Of a stretch of DNA of 64,000 nucleotides, positions 1 through 11,589 are shown piece after piece. Origin of the DNA: Octopus sinensis (lineage: Eukaryota); assembly GCF_006345805.1 (NCBI RefSeq), contig NC_043003.1:35402001-35466000 (forward strand), written 5' to 3'. Within the stretch, counting starts at the first letter, position 1, and each line of letters begins with the position of its first letter. A model generated the notes under the pieces. The model was given only the letters and a program-made list of their open reading frames with translations. It was not told where the DNA came from and made no database searches. A program made the position numbers and the translations under genes.

Positions 1-84
1 ATTTGAACTCAGAACGTAAAGTCGGACTGAATGCAACGTTGCATTTTGTTCGGCGTGATAACGATTCTGTCACTTTGCCACCTT
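1..84 (-). mobile_element. tRNA-derived SINE 5' head, running off the window start
   Basis: Reverse complement (aaggtggcaaagtgacagaatcgttatcacgccg...ttacgttctgagttcaaat) aligns by eye with the SINE head at 2036-2120, with a B-box-like GTTCAAAT. Confidence 0.7.
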
Positions 85-389
85 AGAAATGTCCCTGATA
101 TTGCAATATACGATAACACTGTCACGCTAATGATTTTTAACAGAGATAATAGTCCAGATATTCTATTATTAGCTGGGTTCGATTTAATAATAATTTTGAT
201 GATTCTTCTTCGATCGACGTTGGATAAAATTTTATTCAGGTGGGAAGGCAGTTCCCACGAAAATAGTAGTCTTTTGGAACTGGAAAGTAGAAGGGTAAGA
301 AGACATAGTCTGCAAACCAGGTACTTGCTACGAATGCTCGCAGCAAACTAAACATTAGTTAAGGCAGTCTAGGTGTGAATTGGCATATA

Positions 390-1679
390 CGAGGGGCGTT
401 CAATAAGTAATGCCCCTGACCCCCTTCCCAAGCAGTAGAGCAACGAAACTTGGCACATTTATTAGTCTTTTTCTACATAGGAACCACTCAGAGTTACGCA
501 TTTCTCCCATTGTTTGATGCGGCTCTGGAGACCGTTTTTGTAGAAGAACCCAGCTTGGTCCTCCAACCTCAAAGTGACTTCAGAAATCAAGGCTGCATCA
601 TCTGGGAAACGCTTTCCTTTCAAAAACAACTTCATGATTGGGAAGAGGTGAAAATCAGAGGGTGCAAGGTCAGGAAAGTAGGGGGGATGGGGAGGAGTTC
701 ATAGCCATACGCCTGTGCTTCTGATCTGGCGACAAGCGAGTTGTGGAACGGAGCGTTGTCCTGCAGGAGGAGGATGCCTTTGCTGATCTTGCCCCGCCTC
801 TTGATTTTGATAACTTCTCTTAATTTCCTCAAAAGTGAAGCATAATAGGCTCCTGCAATTGTGGTACCCTTTGCCAGGAAATCTGTCATCACTACTCCGT
901 CCTGGTCCCAGAAGACTGTGAGCATGACCTTGCCAGCGGAGGGCTGCACCCTTGCCTTCTTTGGAGGGGGTGAGTCACTGTGCTTCCACTGCATTGACTG
1001 GGATTTGGTCTCTGGATCATCGTGATGGACCCAGGTTTCATCCTGTGTAATCAGTCTTTTGAAAAATTTTGACTCATCTTCTTGGCATATCTCCAAATTC
1101 ACCCTCGAGCACTCGACGCGTTCTTGCTTCTGGAAAGGCGTGAGCAACCTGGGACTCCATCTGGCAGACACCTTTTGCATATGCAAATGGTCATGAATGA
1201 TAGTTTCCACAGACCCGGTACTAATCTTGATCTCATGAGCTATTTGGCGAATAATTATGCGTCGATCTTCCAAAATGGCAGCCTCAACTTGACGGACAGA
1301 TGCCTCATCAATGGCAGAAGGGGGCGACCAGATCTGGGAGCTGTTTCCACAGAGTTCCGACCATGTTTGAATTCACGATGCCAGCGTTTTACAAGGTCAT
1401 ATAATGGGGCATCATCACCATAAGTTACTTTCATTTCATCAAAAGTCTCCCGTGGTGTGCGTCCTTTCAAATACAAAAACCGGATCACTGCTCGACACTC
1501 AACAGGCTCCATTTCACACTTGACTCGGTTCAAACACCTGTAAATCAGAAATCACAATTAATTCAGAACTGTAATTTGCCACTTACTCTATAGAGATATA
1601 AATAATTGCACATGCAAAATTTCAGCTTGATCAAACAACTGCAAGTGGGTCAGAGGCATTACTTATTGAACGTCCCTCG
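390..1679 (-). mobile_element. Full-length mariner DNA transposon, irritans (Himar1/Hsmar2)-like
   Basis: TA at 388-389 and 1680-1681. TIRs cgaggggcgttcaataagtaatgcccctgaccc and gggtcagaggcattacttattgaacgtccctcg differ at 2 positions. Length 1290 bp. Confidence 0.97.
490..1512 (-). pseudogene. Mariner D,D34D transposase with frameshifts near 1290 and 690
   Basis: MEPVECRAVIRFLYLKG, WSPRLL (WVPRxL motif), TQDETWVHH, SAGKVMLTVFWD, LQDNAP, and P-Y-F-P-D-L-A-P-S-D-F after restoring a 1-bp deletion. 34 residues separate the last two Asp. End coordinate approximate. Confidence 0.92.
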
Positions 1680-2035
1680 TACACTACAACACCGTATAGC
1701 AACACAGCATCACACCACAATTAGCATACAATGCATGCCACATATCATACCAGGACATATCCCATTCAACTCAAAACGCCAAACAATAAGTAAAGTAATT
1801 TAGTGCATCTCCGTCTATTCGGATGAGTAGGGGGCTTGAGTTGTCCGATCAAGTGAATCAACATGTTAGCTAAATTGAATTAGAGTATGAGGAATCCAGT
1901 CATAGTTTTAACGTGATTATCAAGTAGCATCAAAGTGACACAATACGTGACAAAGCTCTAGGTCTTAATTATATGTACAAAGCTTTCGAGAGCTTTCTGT
2001 TAAGTTTTCTTCTACGTAATGTTACTTACAGGGCG

Positions 2036-2245
2036 CAGGGCGGCGAGTTGGCTGAATCGTTAACATGCCAGACAAAATGCTTAGCGACATTTCGCTTGTC
2101 TTTACGTTCTCAGTTCAAATTCCGTGAGGTTGACTCTGTCTTTCATACCTTTCGATGTCAATAAAACAAGTACCAATTACACACTGGAGTAGATGCAATT
2201 GACGTAAACCTCTTCCCCGAAAAGTATGGCATGCCACCAAAATTT
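2036..2245 (+). mobile_element. tRNA-derived SINE
   Basis: Head ggcggcgagttggctgaatcgttaac...cagttcaaattcc, then body gttgactctgtctttcatacctttcgatgtcaataaaacaagtacca shared with 35415-35540 and 48140-48260. Confidence 0.75.
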
Positions 2246-3769
2246 AAGACTAATATTACTCACAATGCTTGAGCTGATCCGAGGTAATTGTAACAAACAT
2301 CCCTCCACCCACGACAATTTCAACGCCTTTGTCATTGCGAAGCGACATTCTTAAATTTTCGGCGATGTAGCGTATACACTACACGTAACATAAACCTTCT
2401 ACCTGTTGACCCTCTGTGTAGCCATTTGAGCTGCTATAGCCAAATATCTCAGAGCTACTTTCAAAAGACAGGACATTTTGCGATACACTATGAATTAATA
2501 ATTGGTGGATGGTCTCGTCTGGAACGCTTTCATCATAGCTTTCCTTAAACATTGTACACACGCAGTTAAACAACAACCAGTTTCAACTATTCACCAAAAC
2601 TATTCTATGACAAAACACGCTGTATCAACTGCACAATGTATCATACAATAGGCCTACTTAGCAAGGGTTGACCTGAGGCAAAGCAAGAACAAACCCGGCA
2701 AGAATGAATGGCAAAGTCAATAGAAGCGGGATTTGAATAAAGAGCGAAGCGAAATGTAACCAAATACCGGAAGGTATTTTCGCTGTCGTTTTCCCGATAC
2801 TTCCTTCCATCGCCTTCCATAGTATGAACGTTATTTTTTTTTATTTGCCACTTGGACGACACAAATGCAACAAAATATTCATATAAACTGGAGAAGACAA
2901 ACACTTTGGGGTGTATATATTTGGATAAAAATTACAAAATAGACAACGTAAATAAACAATTTAATGTTTATATACCTATACACATATGCACGCAGACATG
3001 CATACACATATATGCTTTCATACATACATATACCTAATATGTATACTAACACATATGTGTCTGTGTATGTATATGTACATATACTTACATACATCCAACC
3101 GTTCATCCATCCACGGGAGCATAACTACATACACACATACAGGGAGAGTCAAAATTCCCTTTAACAGACATGCAACTAGACGCGCGGGCACACACATGTC
3201 TATGTGTAAGAATATGGTTAATTTCAAGATGGTTCATCGATTCTGGCGAGTTGTGTTCTTCAGTATGTTCCTTATTTTACGAGTGTTCAGGTTTACACAC
3301 CGGTAACATGAACAAGCTAAAAGGTCACTTAACCTTATTTTGTTCCACCTGTCAAAATATGGATTCTCGGCTGGTTTCCGTGTTTTGAGGGCCGAATGTG
3401 AGTGTAACTCTGTGTGTGTCTGTGTATGTGTCTGTGTATGTGTCTGTGTGTAATCGTGAATACATATACACTTAAAAGAATTATGCAATTCATAATAGCT
3501 ATTTCCAAGTCCCCCTCGATTGCACGTGACGGCCGCAGTACACATACATGTACCTGTGTTTTTGAATGTGTGTTTGTATGTATGCTTATGTTTGTATATA
3601 TTACACAAGATGAACAGATCAGTTGTTGAGTTTGGAGTGCAACTGATGTGCAAAATTTAAATAATTAGTAATGTGCCATATTTTGTTTTCCTTTAATAAA
3701 TTTAAGGAAATAATATGTACGTTATATTGCTGGACAGCAAAGACATCGGCAACAACTGCGAAAAGGGAA

Positions 3770-3930
3770 TCCAAGATATAAATGGTTAGTGTTCTTGCAA
3801 TGAAAATACAAGTCACTGTGACGTCGAGAAGAGTGGATCCAAAATGTTTCTGGTGTGTAAGGACACTTCACGCAAGAATTTGGGAGGAAATGTCTATTAT
3901 TGGTGCGTGTGTGCAAACCTATCTATGAGT
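3770..3930 (+). pseudogene. Possible very old LINE relic (RT C-terminus/CCHC region)
   Basis: One frame reads VSVLAMKIQVTVTSRRVDPKCFWCVR...IIGACVQT, loosely like the AIQEQ...PKCRxC...HIIxxC segment of R4-clade elements. Weak similarity only. Confidence 0.2.
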
Positions 3931-4218
3931 AATAATATATGTTTTCCTCAGGACACTCCACATAGGAAGCAATGGAGATGCAGCACGGAATCTTTAACAA
4001 AGTACCTATTGCAGAACTACACCAGCTAAAGGGAGGCCCTAGTATTGAACCAAGAAATATTAATTATAAAAAGAATAACAAATATATATTTGTATATGCA
4101 CACGTATACATACACCACTTTCTCGTACATAGGTACACACAATCATTTATCCAGAAACACATTTCTATGCATATTCAGACGCATGCGCGCGCACACACAC
4201 ATATTTGTGTGTGTGTGA

Positions 4219-4278
<60 letters not shown>

Positions 4279-5852
4279 TGTGACAGCTATGTAGAAATAG
4301 TAAAATATCAATGTAGTGTGTTTGTGAAACGTTTTGCCGTTTTCTATGTGTGCGTACGTGTTTGATGATACGTATGAATTTATGCATTTATTTATGTATT
4401 TATGTACGTATTTATGAGTTTAAATGTGAGTATGTATGTGTATTTTGGCTGTCAGTCTACTGATAGGTTAAAATTAACATCGCCATCTTGACAACAGAGT
4501 ACATGTTTACGATTGCAATCGTAATACTAGAAGTGGAATTAGCCAACCAGCTGGTATATACTGTCTTCTTTTCTAAAAAGACACAGTTCACTGCTTTACC
4601 CGCAAGACCATTGACACGGAGTAAAACGGTTCAAGAACCGAGATATTAATATGATATTTGTAGAACAGATCAGTAATACAACGATATTTTAACCTCTAAC
4701 GGTCTCGGGAATCTCAGCAACATTACATACAGCATCAACTCGAAAAATTCATTCAGTAACTTACAGAGACATGAAATAACATGCGATCATGTACAAGTAT
4801 ATCCGAACACATGCATAATGATGTTTTCTGACAAAAGTCTTTTGATCTGTTCATAGGCTCTACTGCATTGACATGTGATATGAATTTATGTCGTATGTCT
4901 GACAGGAAATGAAATAGAAATGTATGATGGAACAGCGTGTGTACGTTTTATAACTTTACAAGGGGCATTGAAGATATAGTCTGTAGGAAAAGCTTGACGA
5001 GGAAGTATTTTTAATAGTTTATGGAGATTTAGTTTATGGGAGTTTAGAATTTATAAGTTATTAATGCCGTAACACGGCGAACAGTTTGAAAGGTTACTGA
5101 TTGCAAACTGGCTCCAACGTTGTGTTTTATCCTTGAAGGAAGTATTTCACTTTTATCTAGGAATAAGGCATTTAATTTTAGTCATCCACTTTAAATAAAA
5201 CAATGCAAGTTTGATCACGATCCTAATAAAACGCGTTGATTTTGAACACGGTGCAAAATTTAGTATCATACCAAAAATAACGCCAAGTAATTATAATAAG
5301 TCTTTTAAATGGTGGACTTTTACTTATCTGTATTAATATTTATAAGCGCAACTTAGCATATTTTTGAATTTTATCATATATCCATTCGTTATCAGTATAA
5401 TTTTCATTAACTTTGCCAAATATATTATCTCTACACTTTTCTATACCGTAGTAATATTATAATTCTTTCACACCATACTTCGCAACTCTTGTGTGTAAAT
5501 TTCTTACGTCGTTCTCTTAATTTTTAAAGTGAATATTTCCATTAAACATGATACTCAAAAGTCTCTTCTTTGGATTTAATTTGTGAATCAGTATTTGGGT
5601 CATCGATAGCTGTTTCATCATAAATCACTTTGATCTCTTTGTAATTTCAATTTCTTTTATAGCATTACTAGTGACTCGCATCATCAAAACTGTTGGGCAT
5701 TTCTATCAGATTGCTTCAATTAATTTTCATTATCATTATAAAATTTCGACTTCATTTCCAATTTTTCCCCTGGGATCGTCTTTATATCGCCTGCGCTTTC
5801 TTTCCTCTACTATAGAAAAATGATCTTGTTAAAGAGAAAATATCAAATGCAA

Positions 5853-5857
5853 TTATA

Positions 5858-5890
<33 letters not shown>

Positions 5891-5986
5891 GCATATACAT
5901 ATATATATATATACATATATATATACATATATGCATATATATATATATATGTATATGCATATATATATATATGTATATATATAATA

Positions 5987-6030
<44 letters not shown>
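5853..6030. repeat. Imperfect (TA)n microsatellite
   Basis: Directly visible. Similar tracts at ~6992-7085, 10427-10545, 11502-11589, 24420-24550, 24960-25118, 30950-31100, 32575-32705, 52070-52200, 52410-52500, 56540-56695, 61155-61256, 63500-63640. Confidence 0.95.
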
Positions 6031-6031
<1 letters not shown>

Positions 6032-6989
6032 TAGAAACTGAAATTATTTACTTCAGGTATCATGTGTTTGTTACGTAGAAGATAAAATATCGTACTTGAT
6101 TGACAGTCTACTGAAATACTATGAATTATGCTTAATGCAGTGTCTCTCTAGCCAATGGACTAATTCAAATAGTGACAAATAAATGCCATTAGGTAAGAAC
6201 ATATTTCCAAGCAAAAGACAGCAATACTAAAAATTGATAAGAGTACTTTTGGGTTTCAGTGTAGATTTGAAATATTCGTTTCCTTATGAATTTGAAAAGA
6301 TTTGTCTCTCTTAAGTTGAATCATTATTAACTGCTATAAAAAAATGCAAAGTTACTCCTGTAACCTAAAGTTTTAAAAGAGTTTCTTATATTCTTTTCTA
6401 CTACAAATAATTTACAGCTTGAAAACTTGAAATAATTATTTCAAATATGCACTGGATACGACGTCATATGAAAATAAACATAAGTGAATCTTCTACAGCA
6501 TATGAGGATCGGGACGTAGAACAGACAAGAATAGCGCTTTATATATACATTAATAGATGGGAAGACATTAAACGATATGCTTTGTATGTTACACATTTGT
6601 GATTTCATATTCAACAAATATTACTTTTATCATGCCGCGAAGAAATCTACGAGCGGTTGCTCGAGTTGTCCAGAACAACAGCCAAATCTCTGTCAAATTT
6701 TCTATGAAAAACAAAAGCAGTATTCTCTTCTCCATCATAAACAAAATAACAGCTATAATGCACTTGTTCAAATGTTTGTTTGATCAGGAATGACCTGGGG
6801 CTAACCACAACAAAATGGAATACAATAGCTATTAGTTTCAGAGAAATGCCGAAATATTTGGATGGCTTGACAAAATATCTAGGAGTGTTTAGTATTCATC
6901 TTTATATTCATCTGAAGCAAAATAAGTACCATTCAAAATATTAGGTCGATATAATCGATATTAAAACGCCACAATACGTGACAACTTGT

Positions 6990-7080
<91 letters not shown>

Positions 7081-7466
7081 TATAATGTATGTATGTCTAA
7101 ATTCATGCATACACACACACACATACACCAGTTTAAGAGAAGAGGATAAAGCATTTTCTTAAGATACGTTAATTAAATTGTAGGATACGAAGTTTACAGT
7201 TCATATAACAGCTAAAAGGATAACAAATCAAAGACTATTTATGGCAAAATATTTAAGGCTGGAACCTAGAATTAAAATCTATGATAAGCATGCATAAACA
7301 TTACAGTCCATCATTTATATAAACAAATATATTCCTACCTTCATACATACACATATATTTTTATGTCCACGCGTACAAATCCATAAAAACACACTCATAC
7401 ACGCACATTTACATATACATATGCGTATCTATCCATCTATCTATCTATCTGTATATATGTATGTAA

Positions 7467-7497
<31 letters not shown>

Positions 7498-7583
7498 TGT
7501 ATGTATGTATGTATGTATGTATGTATGTACGTACGTATATATATATATATATTTATTTATTTATTTATTTATATATATATATA

Positions 7584-9150
7584 CAGGGAGAATTCACAAA
7601 AGAAAAACAAAAGACGAAGACAGGTGGTGTAGACAACAAACAGATGTATTAGTTTAACACTCGGGAGGGAAAAAGTCTTTAACGTTTCGAGCCTACGCTT
7701 TTCCACAGAAAGGAACACAGAAAGAAACAAGCAAAGAAAATAAAGGTGTAATGGCTAGCGATTTATCATGTCGAATGCCGGACAGATGGGTCACACAGGA
7801 GGGCTAGAAAGAAGGGGTGATAATAAAGTAGTGGAGATCCCAAAACGAAGGTGCGCCTGCGTGTGTATAAGAGAGAATGTATGTGCGTACGGAAGTGGAC
7901 GGATGACCTTGACGTGTGCGTATGTTCATGAGTAGGTGTGTTGATGATGGGGTGGGGCTGGGAAGGGTCAGTGCTAGTGTGTGCGTGGTGGTGTGATGTG
8001 ATGTAGTATTGTGTGGTATGGTGATGTAGTATTGTGTGGTATGGTGGTATGGTGGTGTTGCGATGAGGAGGAGACAAGAGTGAAGAAAGCAAGAGGGGGA
8101 TGACAGTTAGGCTGAGGGTGGCGATAGTGGTGGGGTATGTGGGAATGGGTGTTAGGGTTTGGGTGAGGATGAGATGAGATGGATAGGGAACATGGGGTGG
8201 GGTGGAAAGGGATGGATAGGGAAGGTGGTGTTGGATTGTGTAGGGTAGGATTACGAGGGAGGGGTGACGATGAAGGGAGAAGGTGGGTAGGAGTGAAGAG
8301 ATAAAGTAGGAGTCGGAGCAAGAGGAGAGTGTGGGCGGGAGGAAGTAGGTGTGAGGGGAAGAGAGGAGAGGGAGGAGGGTTAGATGAAGAGGGGAGGAGA
8401 CTTCAGCCCATGTGGGGCAAAGGAGCTAAGAGAGAAGATTAATCCCTGTTCACATCGAAGACGGGAGTCCGGATGGCTCCTGTGCAAGGACAATCCGAAC
8501 ACAGACGGGTGTTGCAAAGAGTGACCGGTAGAGCGCAAATGGTGCGAGACGGGGATGTCATTGCCGAGTCGGATGTCTCGGAGTTGTTCCGCGAACTGGT
8601 TAGCCAAACAGCATCCCGTTTGCCCGAAGGACAGAGAAAGAAGGAGATACAGTAGATGACATTGGTGGAAGAGCAGGCGAAGGAGTCGGTGCTATGATAG
8701 CGTCAATGATGGGCACCGGTGAGGAGTGTGGTGTTGGAGAAGTAAGGGCAAATGCGAAACCGTGGGTGGAAGTAGGGGAACGAGCCGGGTTGGGAGGTTG
8801 GGCCAGAGAAGAAGTGGACCAAGAGGCCTCGTTGGTTGTGTGCTCGTTTGAAGAGGAGAGGGGTCGGTTAAGGAAGATGTGTGAAGAGGAAGGGTCGGAC
8901 TGGAGCCACTGGAAGACTCGGAGAATGGTGCGTTGGAGAGGTAGGGTGGTGGGGTGGTAGGTGAGGAGAAAAGGGAGACGGGAGACGGTGGGGCGGGTGC
9001 AGAGGAATAGATCAGATGCCCGGTCCAGGAAACGTGCTCTGGCAAGGGTGGTGTGGATAGTGGTGAGGGGATGTCCACGTAGGATGAAGTGGCGAGCCAT
9101 GAGTTGAGACTGAGTCTCAAAGTTATGGTCGTCACTGCAGAGCCTGCGTA
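7584..9150 (-). mobile_element. 5'-truncated Penelope-like element (Neptune type), copy 1: RT thumb, linker, GIY-YIG, 3' UTR, terminal repeat family A
   Basis: Minus strand reads LRRLCSDDHNFETQSQLMARHFILRGHP...RLPFLLTYHP..., a degenerate Cys linker (GSFPYFHPRFRICPYF), then SFTC...NVIYCI...FAEQLRDIRLGNDIPVSHHLRSTGH...EQGLIFSL...PHGL. Homologous to 13590-14460. Terminal repeat 7584-7768 abuts (TA)n. Confidence 0.9.
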
Positions 9151-10424
9151 AATGTTTTTTTAAATTTTCTCCTGTTTACGGAATTAATCTTTATTTACCC
9201 TGTAAATTTACAGGGTAAATGTTTTTTTAAATTTTCTCCTGTTTACGGAATTAATCTTTATTTGCGGTTGAAGCTTTGGCTGTTATTTCTAGTGGGTGAA
9301 TGGCCTATTATGGCCGTTCCTTGATTGTTGATGTTGAACTTAAAAATGGTCTATGACTATTTAATTTTTTCCCACTAGGCCGCTGGTGGCAAAAGGAATT
9401 CTACAAAATTTTTTTTTTGCCACCCTATATTGATTAATTATGAATTTTCTGGTTAATTCCGTAATGGAATCGACGGCTTATATTTATTTGCTGCCGATAA
9501 ATTTGGCGCGAGTGCGACGATTTGAAAATTTTAGGTCAGATATTACCTTGGCAGGGTCTGAAATGCCTCGTGAAAATATCTGTTCCGACTTGGCTATTTC
9601 TTGCTGAAGAATCTGAGGGCCTATGGAAGATTGGCTTGATTTAATTTAATCAGGTTAGTTTACCATTAACACAGCAGATGAAACGGTGCATCGTACAAGA
9701 AATTACAGGGTAAATGTTTTTTTTAAATTTCTCTCCTGTTACGGAATTAATCTTTATTTGCGGTTGAAGCTTTGGCTGTTATTTCTAGTGGGTGAATGGC
9801 CTATTATGGCCGTTCCTTGATTGTTGATGTTGAACTTAAAAATGGTCTATGACTATTTAATTTTTTCCCACTAGGCCGCTGGTGGCAAAAGGAATTCTAC
9901 AACAATTTTTTTTTTGCCACCCTATATTGATTAATTATGATGAATTTCTGGTTAATTCCGTAATGGAATCGACGGCTTATATTTATTTGCTGCCGATAAA
10001 TTTGGCGCGAGTGCGACGATTTGAAAATTTTAGGTCAGATATTACCTTGGCAGGTCTGAAATGCCTCGTGAAAATATCTGTTCCGACTTGGCTATTTCTT
10101 GCTGAAGAATCTGAGGGCCTATGGAAGATTGGCTTGATTTAATTTAATCAGTTAGTTTACCATTAAACAGCAGATGAAACGGTGCATCGTACAAGAAATT
10201 ACGGGTAAATGTTTTTTTTAAATTTTCTCCTGTTTACGGAATTAATCTTTATTTGCGGTTGAAGCTTTGGCTGTTATTTTTAGTGGGTGAATGGCCTATT
10301 ATGGCCGTTCCTTGATTGTTGATGTTGAACTTAAAAATGGTCTATGACTATTTAATTTTTTCCCACTAGGCCGCTGGTGCAAAAGGAATTCTACAAAATT
10401 TTTTTTTTGCCACCCTATATTGAT

Positions 10425-10427
<3 letters not shown>
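9148..10427. repeat. Tandem repeat, ~495-bp unit, ~2.5 near-identical copies
   Basis: Unit start cagggtaaatgttttttt at 9211, 9706 and 10202 (variant). Differences are mostly small indels. A partial unit occupies 9148-9196. Confidence 0.95.
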
Positions 10428-10504
<77 letters not shown>

Positions 10505-10545
10505 TATATATATATATAATATATATAATATATATATATATATAT

Positions 10546-11501
10546 TACTGGGGCACCACCGCTGGGGCACCATGCTGGGGCACCACCGCTGAATGAGCTA
10601 CACTAGTTTGTGAATCCACCTCTGATACGTGGCACTTGATCAACAAGGGAGTTCGATGCTGCTGCCCGCATCCGTGTCTCCTGTCGTGAGGTAGGTTCAT
10701 CTGGGACTCCCAACAAGAAGAGATCCAGTTTAGTTTTAAAGAAACCCACATCCACACCATGTAAGTCTCTCAGGCATTTAGGGAGGATGTTAAAGAGCTG
10801 TGGTCCTCTGAAACCCAAGCTGTTGCAGTATCTGGACCTGTATTTTGATGGTGATGTTGGAATCCTTGGCACCACGCAGCGGCGCCCCGTTCTGCGGTGG
10901 AGTAACTTTGAATGCCAAATTTGGGACAAGACCCTCCAGGATTTTCCAGATGTATATCACTGCATATCTCTCCCGCTCCGCTCCAGGGAGAAGAGGTTTA
11001 ATACCTTCAGTCTTTCCCAGTAGCTGACATTTTGCATTGAGACGATTTTCTTTGTGTAGCTTCTCTGATTGCTTCGAGTTCTGCTGTTTGTTTTATATTG
11101 TGTGGTGACCAAAGTTGGGAGCAGTAGTCCAAGCGGCTGAGGACAAATGTTTTCCATAGGACCATCAGTGTCTCCTTCTCTCTTGTTCTGAAAGTTCGGA
11201 GAATCCATCCAGCTAGCCGTCTGCATTTTATCACCAGATTAGCAATATGCATTTGGAAAGATGCATCATTGCTCATGTCAATGCCCAGGTCACGCACTGA
11301 TTTTGACTCAGGGATTGCAATTCTTCCTGGCCAGTGTATCCAGTCTTCACGTCATTTACCTTTGTGTGCCAGTAGCGCAGGGCCTGGAACTTACCTGCAT
11401 TAAACTGCATGTTGTTGTCCTCAGCCCACCTGTATATTGTGTCCAGCTCATGTTGCAGATGCGCAATATTTTCAGGGTTTTGTATTGCGTGGGAGACTTT
11501 T
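10546..11501 (-). mobile_element. CR1-like LINE, 5'-truncated 3' end of ORF2, frameshifted
   Basis: HLQHELDTIYRWAEDNNMQFNAGKFQ, RDLGIDMS, GWILRTFRTRE, SRLDYCSQLWSP, YWERLKVLNLFSLER, GPQLFNILPK. Flanked by (TA)n on both sides. Confidence 0.9.
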
Positions 11502-11557
11502 GTATATATATATATATATACAATATATATAATATATAATATATATATGTACATATA

Positions 11558-11589
<32 letters not shown>

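Noticed and set aside
1-2245. Inverted SINE heads flanking the mariner as a composite element
   Set aside because: The SINE family is abundant here, so two opposite copies 2 kb apart are expected by chance. The mariner has its own TA TSDs.
9295-9325. GGCC-tattat-GGCC hairpin in the 495-bp unit as hammerhead stem II
   Set aside because: Neither CUGANGA nor GAAA flanks it on either strand.
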